Virus record (IMG/VR): IMGVR_UViG_3300045978_000375
Coordinates: 1-64,000 of that record
Length of the DNA stretch: 64,000 nucleotides
Origin: a virus
Reading direction: 5' to 3' (one strand)
Positions 52,075 through 59,974 of this stretch are shown one piece after another. The notes beneath the pieces were generated by a model. That model made no database searches, was not told the DNA's origin, and saw only the letters and a program-made list of their open reading frames with translations. Position numbers and translations under genes: made by a program. The number at the start of each line of letters is the position of its first letter. The first letter of the stretch is position 1.

Positions 52075-52691
52075 CCGTCGCCGTCCTCTATTGCGACGAG
52101 GGCCGGAACGCTCCCTACGTCAAGCTCAAGGCGGCCGGCGAGGACCTGGACTTGTGGGGAGTCTCGAGGGACGCGCGCAAGTACGACGGGCCGCATACGG
52201 TCGTGGCGCATCCGCCGTGCCGCAACTGGAGCAAGCTTAGCTACCTCGCGAAGGACGATGATAGCGACTGCGCTCTCCGTGCCATCGATCAGGTTCGCAA
52301 GTTCGGTGGGGTACTCGAGCATCCAGCGTCGTCCAGACTCTGGTTGCAGATCAATCTACCGAGCGGCCACCGTGACGATTTCGGAGGACGGCGGATTACA
52401 CTGAACCAAGTCGAGTGGGGGCACGTCGCCAGAAAGCCGACATGGCTCTACCTCGTTGGCGTGTGCTCGCCGGGCCCGATGCCGCCCCCGCGTGAGCCGA
52501 CGCACTGGTGCAGCGGGTTTCGGACCGCTGGTAAGTCCTACTCGCCCGCATACTACAAGCAGCGCGGCTCCGCCGTCCCGCTCGGCATCAAAGTCTGCTC
52601 GGCACAGCAGCGCCGCCGCACCCCACCCCTGTTCGCCGAATACCTCGTAAGGCTCGCTCGTGCAGCAGCGGAAGCTCGGAGGGCAGCGTGA
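52071..52691 (+). CDS. small C5-cytosine-methyltransferase-like protein (degenerate motif I)
   Basis: TTG start overlaps the upstream stop. VVAHPPCRNWS resembles motif IV (PCQ), GGVLEHP resembles motif VI (ENV), and LNQVEWGHVARKPTWLYLVG resembles motif VIII. No clear FxGxG motif and no target-recognition domain. Confidence 0.35.
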   Translation: MTVAVLYCDEGRNAPYVKLKAAGEDLDLWGVSRDARKYDGPHTVVAHPPCRNWSKLSYLAKDDDSDCALRAIDQVRKFGGVLEHPASSRLWLQINLPSGHRDDFGGRRITLNQVEWGHVARKPTWLYLVGVCSPGPMPPPREPTHWCSGFRTAGKSYSPAYYKQRGSAVPLGIKVCSAQQRRRTPPLFAEYLVRLARAAAEARRAA

Positions 52692-52921
52692 GCACGATGA
52701 CCAAGCGCTACGCCGTGTACCTCCGCGAGAAGCCTGCTTTCCAGGTAGTCAGGGAAGCTCAGTACGCGTTCGAAGCCTACGAGCTTGCCCGCGCTGAGCT
52801 CGCGACGAAGTGGGAGGACTACAGCATCGGGTTTGCCGACTGCGAAGTGGTCGACGTCGAGGAGCAGAGCCGGGCGCGGGCGGCGCGGCGTGTCGGGGCG
52901 GAGAGGGGAGCGCGGGCGTGA
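52688..52921 (+). CDS. hypothetical protein
   Basis: 77 aa with a GTG start. Confidence 0.4.
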   Translation: MSTMTKRYAVYLREKPAFQVVREAQYAFEAYELARAELATKWEDYSIGFADCEVVDVEEQSRARAARRVGAERGARA

Positions 52922-53271
52922 ATGACACCCGCCTCCTTTGCCCCGCCGACGTCTGCGAGCGCTTCGGATGCTCGCTGCGAAAGGCACTCAAGATCATGCG
53001 CGAGGCCGGCGCGCGGAAGTCTGGCTCGATGGTCCGGCTCGAACCTGAGAAACTGGAGGCATGGTGGCTAGCGCAAAAGGCGACCGCTTCGGCTTCTGGC
53101 TCAGGGGACGGACCTGGTACACGTGCGATCCCGTCACCCGCCGCGACGTCTCGACCCGCTGCCGGGACCTTGAAGCTGCTCGAAGGTGGCGTGCGGCCCG
53201 TGAGCGTATTGCAGCCGATCCGGCAATCGCAGTCCAGGCGCTCGCGACGTTCGGGGACGAGTGCAGGATGA
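52918..53271 (+). CDS. xis: excisionase-like HTH protein
   Basis: GTG overlaps the upstream stop. LLCPADVCERFGCSLRKALKIMREAG...LEPEKLEAWW looks like an excisionase. The frame has no stop until 53271, so the last ~210 nt overlap int and do not look protein-like. Confidence 0.45.
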   Translation: MNDTRLLCPADVCERFGCSLRKALKIMREAGARKSGSMVRLEPEKLEAWWLAQKATASASGSGDGPGTRAIPSPAATSRPAAGTLKLLEGGVRPVSVLQPIRQSQSRRSRRSGTSAG

Positions 53272-54383
53272 TGCTCGACGCGCTCGAAGCCCTGGGCCGC
53301 CCGACGGCCGACTACGAGCACCGGCTCGGGCACTGGACCCGCGTGCTCGGCAACGACTGCCCGCTCTCCGATGTCGGCCCAGCCGCCGTCGACGCGTTTA
53401 TCGCGCAGCGCAGCGCCGAGGGGGTTACGAACCACACCATCTCGAAGGAGCTGAAGGCGCTCGTCAGGACGCTCCGGCAGGCGAAGCGTGCTGGCCGGTA
53501 CGCGGGGGCACTTGAGGTCCTGCGCCCGCTCGGCTTCACCGCCGGGTATGTGCCTCGGACACGCACCCTGACGCTCGTGGAGCTCCAGGTCCTGCTCGGC
53601 GAGCTCGAGCCGGAGGAGCGAGCGTTCGTCGTGCTGCTCGTCGCCTTTGGCCTGCGCCGGGGCGAGGCTGCCCGTGTGCTTCCCTGCGACCTCGATACTG
53701 CCAACTGGGTGGCCCGGGTGCGTGGGACGAAGACGGCCGGGGCTCTCCGGGACCTGCCCATCCTCGAGCCCTTCCGGCCGCTCGTCGAGGCGGTCCTGCC
53801 CTACCTGCCGCTCGGCGCCTGGGTGCGCTCGACCCAGTACACGCGGGTCCTCCTCCGGGCGGCGGCGCGCGCCAAGCTCGAGCCGGTGACGGCGAACGAC
53901 CTCCGCCGGACCCATGCAACGCTGCTCCGGAACTGGAAGGTGGACCGGGACACGGCCCGGACGCTGCTCGGGCACTCGCCGAAGTCGCAGCTGCTCGAGA
54001 CCGTCTACGACAAGCCGAGACCCCACGAGCTCGCTGCTCGCGCCGGCGACCTCTCCGCCCTCACGGTCGCCCTGGCCCCGATTGCAGAATCACTGCAGTC
54101 GGCACCAAAAACATCCACTTCTCTCGGAGAAACCCGCGGCAGTGAACCGCCATGGGGGCCGACCTATAGCCCCGCCGGGTCTGCCTCGCCAGTGTGTTCG
54201 CGGGGTTACGGGCCAGGAACTGGCCGGGAAGAGCCGGACACCAGCGCAGAATCACTGCAGTCGGCTGGCCCCGCGGCGTGGGCGCTTGAGTTCGCCCGTG
54301 AGGCGCTGAACGTCGAGCCGAAGGCGACCATCTTCCTTGGCACCGGCGTGATCCTCCGCCGCAAGAGGAGGGACGTTGGCTAA
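53061..54383 (+). CDS. int: tyrosine integrase with long C-terminal extension
   Basis: Catalytic motifs RRGEA, GTKT...R, DLRRTHAT and LLGHS...ETVYDK are present. About 110 aa follow the catalytic Tyr. Confidence 0.8.
   Translation: MVASAKGDRFGFWLRGRTWYTCDPVTRRDVSTRCRDLEAARRWRAARERIAADPAIAVQALATFGDECRMMLDALEALGRPTADYEHRLGHWTRVLGNDCPLSDVGPAAVDAFIAQRSAEGVTNHTISKELKALVRTLRQAKRAGRYAGALEVLRPLGFTAGYVPRTRTLTLVELQVLLGELEPEERAFVVLLVAFGLRRGEAARVLPCDLDTANWVARVRGTKTAGALRDLPILEPFRPLVEAVLPYLPLGAWVRSTQYTRVLLRAAARAKLEPVTANDLRRTHATLLRNWKVDRDTARTLLGHSPKSQLLETVYDKPRPHELAARAGDLSALTVALAPIAESLQSAPKTSTSLGETRGSEPPWGPTYSPAGSASPVCSRGYGPGTGREEPDTSAESLQSAGPAAWALEFAREALNVEPKATIFLGTGVILRRKRRDVG
54084..54103 (+). repeat. 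20-bp direct repeat, copy 1 (GCAGAATCACTGCAGTCGGC)
   Basis: Exact copy of 54246-54265. Lies in the 3' extension of int. Confidence 0.9.
54246..54265 (+). repeat. 20-bp direct repeat, copy 2
   Basis: Exact copy of 54084-54103, 162 bp downstream. Confidence 0.9.
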
Positions 54384-54612
54384 CGTCGCGAGCCTGCTCG
54401 AGGCGCGTCGGAAGCGCCAGGCGAAGGCCGAGGCGACGCTGCCGCGTCCTCCCGTCGGGCATTCCATCCAGTCTGGCGTGGGGACGGTGACGGGCATCTT
54501 TGCGACGGCCGACGACAGCGTCGTGTTTGTCGTGTCGGCGGACGAGGCCTTTGCAATTGCCGATGCCTGGTACCGGGCGGCGCGGGCGGCGAAGGAGGCG
54601 GAACGTGGCTGA
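54376..54612 (+). CDS. hypothetical protein
   Basis: 78 aa. TTG start with GGAGGG 4-5 nt upstream. Confidence 0.4.
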   Translation: MANVASLLEARRKRQAKAEATLPRPPVGHSIQSGVGTVTGIFATADDSVVFVVSADEAFAIADAWYRAARAAKEAERG

Positions 54613-54781
54613 GATGCTCGAGGTCGGGGCCGACGCGATTGCTCGCCAGATCTTCGACCTCGCCGTCCGCGCAATTCTTGACGGCCATGCGTCGCCCGAT
54701 CAGGACTTCCGTGCGCACTGGCAGCGGCTGATTCACGAGACGGCAAAGCACTACCGCGAGGGGAGGCACGGCGTCGGATGA
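54605..54781 (+). CDS. hypothetical protein
   Basis: GTG with AAGGAGG 6 nt upstream. 58 aa. Confidence 0.35.
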   Translation: MAEMLEVGADAIARQIFDLAVRAILDGHASPDQDFRAHWQRLIHETAKHYREGRHGVG

Positions 54782-54987
54782 TGACGTACCGCTGCTCAGG
54801 CTGCCAGAACATGATTCAGAGCGGCTTCCTCTGCCGTAGGTGCATCGGGCGATCGGTGGCAGACTTGCCCACCTTCCACGCGAGCGCCATCACCGCGGCC
54901 ATCAAGCGCGATGGCTGCAACGGCCCCTGCACGGTACCCGGCTGTACTGTCTGCACCGGCGAGATCGCGGCGCGGGAGGCGCGCTGA
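54778..54987 (+). CDS. small Cys-rich protein
   Basis: 69 aa. Motifs CSGCQ...CRRC...CNGPC...C..C. Confidence 0.45.
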   Translation: MMTYRCSGCQNMIQSGFLCRRCIGRSVADLPTFHASAITAAIKRDGCNGPCTVPGCTVCTGEIAAREAR

Positions 54988-55259
54988 TGCTTTCCGACCG
55001 CGAGACCATCCGCCGTCTCCGCGCCGCCTCCCGCCGGAAGCCCACCGTCCGTGAGCTCTGCTGCCCGGACTGCGGCGGTGAGATCGAGCTCCGAGGCGGC
55101 TGGCTGGTTTGCCAGACGTTCGAGTGCTTCTCGACGTTCAAGACGCTCGCCGAGCTCGCCGTGAGGGCATCCCCCGAGCCCCCGAGCCCCCGAGCCCCCG
55201 AGCCCCCGAGCCCCCGGCCAGTGATCCGGCTCGCCTTTGAAGAACTTCACCTCGACTGA
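54987..55259 (+). CDS. zinc-ribbon protein with Pro-rich repeat tail
   Basis: Internal ATG overlaps the upstream stop. CCPDCGG...C..FEC. Contains the 8-bp tandem repeat. Confidence 0.45.
   Translation: MLSDRETIRRLRAASRRKPTVRELCCPDCGGEIELRGGWLVCQTFECFSTFKTLAELAVRASPEPPSPRAPEPPSPRPVIRLAFEELHLD
55170..55215 (+). repeat. octanucleotide tandem repeat (CCCCCGAG) x5 plus partial
   Basis: Five exact 8-bp units (55170-55209) plus CCCCCG. The unit length is not divisible by 3. Confidence 0.9.
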
Positions 55260-55276
55260 CCGAAGGAGACCAACGA

Positions 55277-56188
55277 ATGCTCGCTACCAAAAAAGGGATT
55301 GAAATCAACCGCGAGGAGCTCTGGGCGCTCCTCGCCTTCACGGGGGACGGCGAGCAGCACTCGTGCGTCCATTTCCGCGTCAACGGCTCGGCCAAGCTCG
55401 AAGCGGCCGCGACGGACGGCAAGCGCTCGGTCGAGTGCGTGGCGCCGTCCGAAAACGCCGTACCGGGCGAGTGGGCGATCGATGCTGAGTTCCTGGAGCT
55501 TTGCCGGAACGCCTGCGACGCTCCCGAGAAGTCCATCCTGATCCGCCTCTCTTCGGCTGGCGTGCGTGACGCCCACGTGGTCTCGAAGGACGGGGAGGTG
55601 ATTGCCCCGATCGGTTGGCACCGCGCCGCCTCTACCTCCCAGGTGACCATGACCGACGTCATCACGGGCCTTAGGGTGCCGGCAGACGGGAAGCACACCG
55701 GCTCGTGGTGCGCCATAGACCCCGCTGCCGCGCTCCGTGGCCTCTCCCGCGTGAGGGTGGCGGCCGACGACTGCCCCATCACCATCTATCCACCGAGCGA
55801 GCCTACTGCCCCGCTCCATTTCGAGTGCCGTTCTGACAGAGGGCACTGGAAGGGAGCGATCGTCCCCGAGCGCGTTCTTGGGCCGGGCAGCGAAGCAGAC
55901 GAGCCCCCGGCGCCTGACGAAGGCGCCCCCGGACGGAGGAACCGCACGGCTCAGCTCGACCTCGAGGACGCCGCGAAAGCGAAGCGCGCGAAGGAACAGG
56001 CCGGAAGCGACGACTCGGTCATCAGCGACGAGGAGGCCGAGGCTCTGAAGGCCGAGCAGCGCGATGGTGCCGGCCTCACCGAGGAGGAGCGCGAGAACTT
56101 CGTCGAGCACGGTGACAAGGACAAGCCGCTCGCAACACAGAAGAAACGACGCGGGCGGAAACCGAAGGCAGCAGCGGCAGACGCCTGA
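55277..56188 (+). CDS. sliding-clamp (DnaN)-like protein with charged tail
   Basis: 303 aa with an AAGGAG RBS. ...LEAAATDGKRSVEC... and ...WKGAIVPERV loosely resemble beta-clamp motifs. Confidence 0.35.
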   Translation: MLATKKGIEINREELWALLAFTGDGEQHSCVHFRVNGSAKLEAAATDGKRSVECVAPSENAVPGEWAIDAEFLELCRNACDAPEKSILIRLSSAGVRDAHVVSKDGEVIAPIGWHRAASTSQVTMTDVITGLRVPADGKHTGSWCAIDPAAALRGLSRVRVAADDCPITIYPPSEPTAPLHFECRSDRGHWKGAIVPERVLGPGSEADEPPAPDEGAPGRRNRTAQLDLEDAAKAKRAKEQAGSDDSVISDEEAEALKAEQRDGAGLTEEERENFVEHGDKDKPLATQKKRRGRKPKAAAADA

Positions 56189-56739
56189 TGCTCTTCGTTG
56201 GTATTGACCATAGCCTGACGGCCTTCGGCCTTGCGGCGGTCTCCCCCGATTGGGGGCTCGACTTCCGCAAGGTCCGGCGCGTCACGCTCACGACGAGCCC
56301 GGAGCATGGGCCAGAGGTTGCCCGCCGCGCGTTGCTCGCCCGGGACGTGGCGACCTGGGTGTCGAACGTCGCCACGGCGTCTGGCTGCCCGCTCTCGGCC
56401 GTGCGGGTCTTCATCGAGGGCGGCGTGTTCATGCGCGGCAAATCCAACACGATCCGCTCGCAAGAGCGCCTCGCCGCGGCGGTCGAGCACGAGCTCTATA
56501 CCCAACACCAGATCCAGGTGGCGGTGGCGCAGCAGCGGGCCGTACGGACGCTTTTCATGGGCTCGAGCCTCAGCGGTGGCCGTGGCGCTGGCGACGCGGC
56601 TCAGGGCCTCCTGCGCGCTGTGGCGCCTGATGTCGCCGGGTGGGACGAGGCTGAGCTCGACGCGTTCCTCGTCGCGAACTGGGCGCTGTCAGAAGCCGCG
56701 GAGACGTTCGTATCCGTTGCACCGGAAAGGGCAGCCTGA
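56188..56739 (+). CDS. RuvC-like Holliday junction resolvase
   Basis: MLFVGIDHSLTAFGLA..., VFIEGGVF... and ELDAFLVANWAL fit the RuvC D-E-D-D layout. Confidence 0.55.
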   Translation: MLFVGIDHSLTAFGLAAVSPDWGLDFRKVRRVTLTTSPEHGPEVARRALLARDVATWVSNVATASGCPLSAVRVFIEGGVFMRGKSNTIRSQERLAAAVEHELYTQHQIQVAVAQQRAVRTLFMGSSLSGGRGAGDAAQGLLRAVAPDVAGWDEAELDAFLVANWALSEAAETFVSVAPERAA

Positions 56740-56796
56740 TGGCGGACGGCTCCATCGAGCAGAATCGCAAGGCCTCTTGCGGCCGGAGGTAGCACC

Positions 56797-57831
56797 TTGA
56801 TCACCGTCAAGGAAGAATTTCTCAGCGACGACAAGACCCAGCGTGCCATCAAGCTCGGCGGCTACGAGGTCATCGCCATGTGGCTCGCGATGAAGTGCTA
56901 TGCGGCCTCCCACGCGACGGATGGATTCATTCCTGCCGAGGACGTGGAAAGCCTTCCTGGCGCTCCCAGGAAGGCTCGGGCTGCGCTGAAGGCCCTCGTC
57001 GAGTGCGGGCGACTGCAAGCGGATGGTAAGCGCGGAGCGGGCCTTGTGGACCCCGTTGAGCACGGCTGGCAGCTCCACGATTATCTCGACCACGCGGCGA
57101 GCAGCGACGAGATCGAGGTCCGGCGGAAGAAGGCGCGCGAGCAGAAGGCAAACCGCCGCGCCGAGCTCCGTCGCCAAGCAGATGCCGGACAGAGTCCGCA
57201 GACAGCGCCGCCGGACAGACACGGACAAAGTCCGCGGACATCAAGCGGACAGTCTACCGGACCTCGCGCGCCAGCGGGCACCCGCCCGCCCGCGTACGGG
57301 CGCACGCGTGATCCCAGCCCAGCCCAGCCCAGCCCAGCCCAGCCCATAGCAGGCAGCGGCATCACGGTTCGGGCAGGTCGGCAGAAAAAGGCCCGTCCAA
57401 TCGTGGATTCTGGCCTGCTCGTGGTGTCTTTGCTGGCTAGGGATTGGGTAATTCCTGAGGCGTTTTGGGAGTACGCAAGCGAGCTTGGCCTCAACGCGAA
57501 CGAGTACGAGAGCGTCCTCGCCGACTACCGCGAAAAGGTCACTCGCTCTGGTTCTGCGACTTGGCTTGCGGACAAGCTTTGCCGGTACATCGAAGCCGCG
57601 CACCGACCTGAGCCTGAGCCAGCCGCCCACCGCCCACCGGTCATCCTGCAGCGTGAGATCAAACCGATCGAGATGGGCGAGGTCCCGGCCGAGGTGCTCG
57701 CCCGAATCAGCCCCCAGCGCGCGCTACGAGGTGTCCAGAAGAGCCGCGAGCAGCAGATTGAGGAATTGAGGGCCTACGAGGAAAACGCGTCTAATGGGCG
57801 CCTAGAGCCCGAGGAGGCGACGGGTGGCTGA
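56797..57831 (+). CDS. putative replication initiator / helicase loader
   Basis: 344 aa. TTG start with a GGAGG RBS. Overlaps the dnaB start. Has a winged-helix-like N-terminus and contains the 5-bp repeat in its linker. Confidence 0.45.
   Translation: MITVKEEFLSDDKTQRAIKLGGYEVIAMWLAMKCYAASHATDGFIPAEDVESLPGAPRKARAALKALVECGRLQADGKRGAGLVDPVEHGWQLHDYLDHAASSDEIEVRRKKAREQKANRRAELRRQADAGQSPQTAPPDRHGQSPRTSSGQSTGPRAPAGTRPPAYGRTRDPSPAQPSPAQPIAGSGITVRAGRQKKARPIVDSGLLVVSLLARDWVIPEAFWEYASELGLNANEYESVLADYREKVTRSGSATWLADKLCRYIEAAHRPEPEPAAHRPPVILQREIKPIEMGEVPAEVLARISPQRALRGVQKSREQQIEELRAYEENASNGRLEPEEATGG
57313..57346 (+). repeat. pentanucleotide tandem repeat (CCCAG) x6 plus partial
   Basis: Six exact units plus CCCA. 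Encodes PSPAQPSPAQP, and a TAG follows in another frame. Confidence 0.9.
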
Positions 57832-59236
57832 CGGGCAGCGCTCGGGCATCACGCCGCGCTTCGACCTCGACGCCGAGGGGCAGCTGCTCGGCGCTGCGAT
57901 GGTGGATCAGGGCGCCGCGCTCGAGCTCGTCGAGCTGCTCGATGAGACGGACTATTACGCCGACTCGAACCGGATGGTGCATCGAGCCGTGCGGGAGCTT
58001 TGTGCCCGCGGTGAGACGGCGGACCTTGTGTCGGTGCGGGTGTGGCTCGATTCGATGGGGCTGCTCGCCCGGGTGGGCGGAGCGCCCTACCTCGTCCAGC
58101 TCCTGAACGTCCCGTCGCTCGTACACGTCGAGCAGCACGCGAGGCTCGTGCGCGGGCTCGCGCGCGTGCGGGCTGCCGAGAACACGTTCAAAACGCTCGC
58201 CGCTGAGGCGCGGACGGCGGAGATGCCGGACGTCGACGCGTGGCTCGAAGGGGCCGAGATGCGGGCCTACCAGGCCACCGCGAACCTCGTCTCCAAGCGG
58301 CAAACTGTCTCGTCCTACGCGGAATTCGGCGCCATCCTCGACGCCGGCTGGGCGGAGGCGCAGGCGCGAAAAGAACGCACGCTCGGGACGGCCACCGGAT
58401 ACGCCCGGCTCGACGAGCACACGCTCGGCATGCAGCCAGGGCAGCTCTGGTTTCTCGGAGCCCGCCCCGGGCAGGGGAAGAGCGCCTGGGGCCAGCAGCT
58501 CGCCGAGTACGTCGCTGAGCGCGGCGGCGGTCATGACGGCGTCGTCTTTCTCAGCATGGAGATGAAACGCCCCGAGCTCGTGCTCAGGACCTACGCCCGC
58601 CATTCGAACCAGAGCACGCGCGGGATCCAGCGTCGAAAGCTCGATCAGACCGGTTGGACTGCCTACCTCGACGCCCGCGAGCGCGCCTCCAAGTGGCCGA
58701 TCGTCGTGGACGACGAGCCGCGTCTCACGCCGCTCCGCATCCGCTCGAAGGTCCTTCGGCACCAAGCTTCCCTCCGAAAGCGCTACCCGAACGCCCGGCT
58801 CTCGCTCGTGCTCGTCGATTACGTGCAGCTCCTCCATGCCGACACGGAGCGAAAAAACACGACGCGCGCGACCGAGCTCGGCGAGATCACGCGGGCCCTG
58901 AAGGTGATGGCCGGGGAGTTTGGATGCACGTTCCTCGTGCTCTCGCAGCTCACGCGGCCGAGCGACAAGAGCAAGATGCCGCCGGCGCCGACCCTCTTCG
59001 ACTTCCGGGACTCGGGCTCGATCGAGGCCGATGGCGACGTCGTGCTCGGCCTCCATCGCCCCGATCAGTACCGAAAGCCCGGGACGGATCCGACCGGGAT
59101 CTGCGAGGTGCACGTCCTGAAGACGCGCGGCGCCGGGGAGTGCGCGTTCGAGCTGCAGTGGACAGGGCGCTCGACGCGGTTCGACAACTTGGACGAGCGG
59201 AGCGACCAGCTCTGGAAACCGCAGGAGGACGCATGA
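57824..59236 (+). CDS. dnaB: replicative DNA helicase DnaB
   Basis: 470 aa. Walker A GARPGQGKS, Walker B LVLVDYVQLL, SQLTRP and IEADGDVVLGLHRPDQY. Confidence 0.9.
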   Translation: MADGQRSGITPRFDLDAEGQLLGAAMVDQGAALELVELLDETDYYADSNRMVHRAVRELCARGETADLVSVRVWLDSMGLLARVGGAPYLVQLLNVPSLVHVEQHARLVRGLARVRAAENTFKTLAAEARTAEMPDVDAWLEGAEMRAYQATANLVSKRQTVSSYAEFGAILDAGWAEAQARKERTLGTATGYARLDEHTLGMQPGQLWFLGARPGQGKSAWGQQLAEYVAERGGGHDGVVFLSMEMKRPELVLRTYARHSNQSTRGIQRRKLDQTGWTAYLDARERASKWPIVVDDEPRLTPLRIRSKVLRHQASLRKRYPNARLSLVLVDYVQLLHADTERKNTTRATELGEITRALKVMAGEFGCTFLVLSQLTRPSDKSKMPPAPTLFDFRDSGSIEADGDVVLGLHRPDQYRKPGTDPTGICEVHVLKTRGAGECAFELQWTGRSTRFDNLDERSDQLWKPQEDA

Positions 59237-59406
59237 AGGACGGGCGAATCAAGGTGCCGGACAACCTCCAGCCGCGAATCGATCGGCTCGTGAAGGACTA
59301 CGCGAAACGGCTCGGTGAGACCGAGGACCGGGCCCGGCGCGCGGTCGAGCTCGGGCTCCTGCAGCGCGGGATCGAGGCCTTCGAGCAGGAGGCGAGAGGC
59401 CAATGA
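59233..59406 (+). CDS. small hypothetical protein
   Basis: ATGA-coupled. 57 aa. Confidence 0.4.
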   Translation: MKDGRIKVPDNLQPRIDRLVKDYAKRLGETEDRARRAVELGLLQRGIEAFEQEARGQ

Positions 59407-59705
59407 ACGAGTCCGAAATCTGCGCGTCGTGCGGGCATTGGGAGGCAACTCACCACCCCGATCTTCCCGCTGCGGGCAGTTGTTGGGGTTCGACGTGCGG
59501 GTGCGAGCGCTTCGTACCGCCCACCGAAACCTGCGGGATCCGGCTCTACCTCTGCCGTTGTGGTCACTACCGGGGCAGGCACGACGAGCGAGGCCGATGC
59601 CTGGAGCACGTGCACGTCCGTGGCTCGTTTTTCGGCGGCGTATTCAGCCGGTGCTCGTGCGCCGGGTTCGTGCTGCGAGATTGCGCGACGCTCGGGGCGG
59701 CATGA
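59403..59705 (+). CDS. Cys/His-rich protein with duplicated motif
   Basis: The motif CxxCGHxxxxHx...CxC occurs twice (CASCGHWEATHH and CRCGHYRGRHD). Confidence 0.5.
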   Translation: MNESEICASCGHWEATHHPDLPAAGSCWGSTCGCERFVPPTETCGIRLYLCRCGHYRGRHDERGRCLEHVHVRGSFFGGVFSRCSCAGFVLRDCATLGAA

Positions 59706-59974
59706 GCAAGGACGGCGACATCACCACCCTCGAGGGCATGACGCCCGAGGAGGCACTCATCCGGGGTCTCGTCTCAGTGCCGCCGGCAGACGTCGACCGC
59801 GTGATGGCGATGACGCCCGAAGAGCGCCTCGAGTGGGCTCGAGGGCAGCTCGTCAGCACACCGCTCCCGAACGGCTCCGAGCTCGTGCAGCCCGTCGGGC
59901 CGCTCATGGAGCGCGGGCTCGAACGGCGGCGGGAGAAGAACCGAGCTCGAAGGCGTCGGCAGGGTCGGCACTGA
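59702..59974 (+). CDS. hypothetical protein
   Basis: ATGA-coupled. 90 aa. Confidence 0.4.
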   Translation: MSKDGDITTLEGMTPEEALIRGLVSVPPADVDRVMAMTPEERLEWARGQLVSTPLPNGSELVQPVGPLMERGLERRREKNRARRRRQGRH

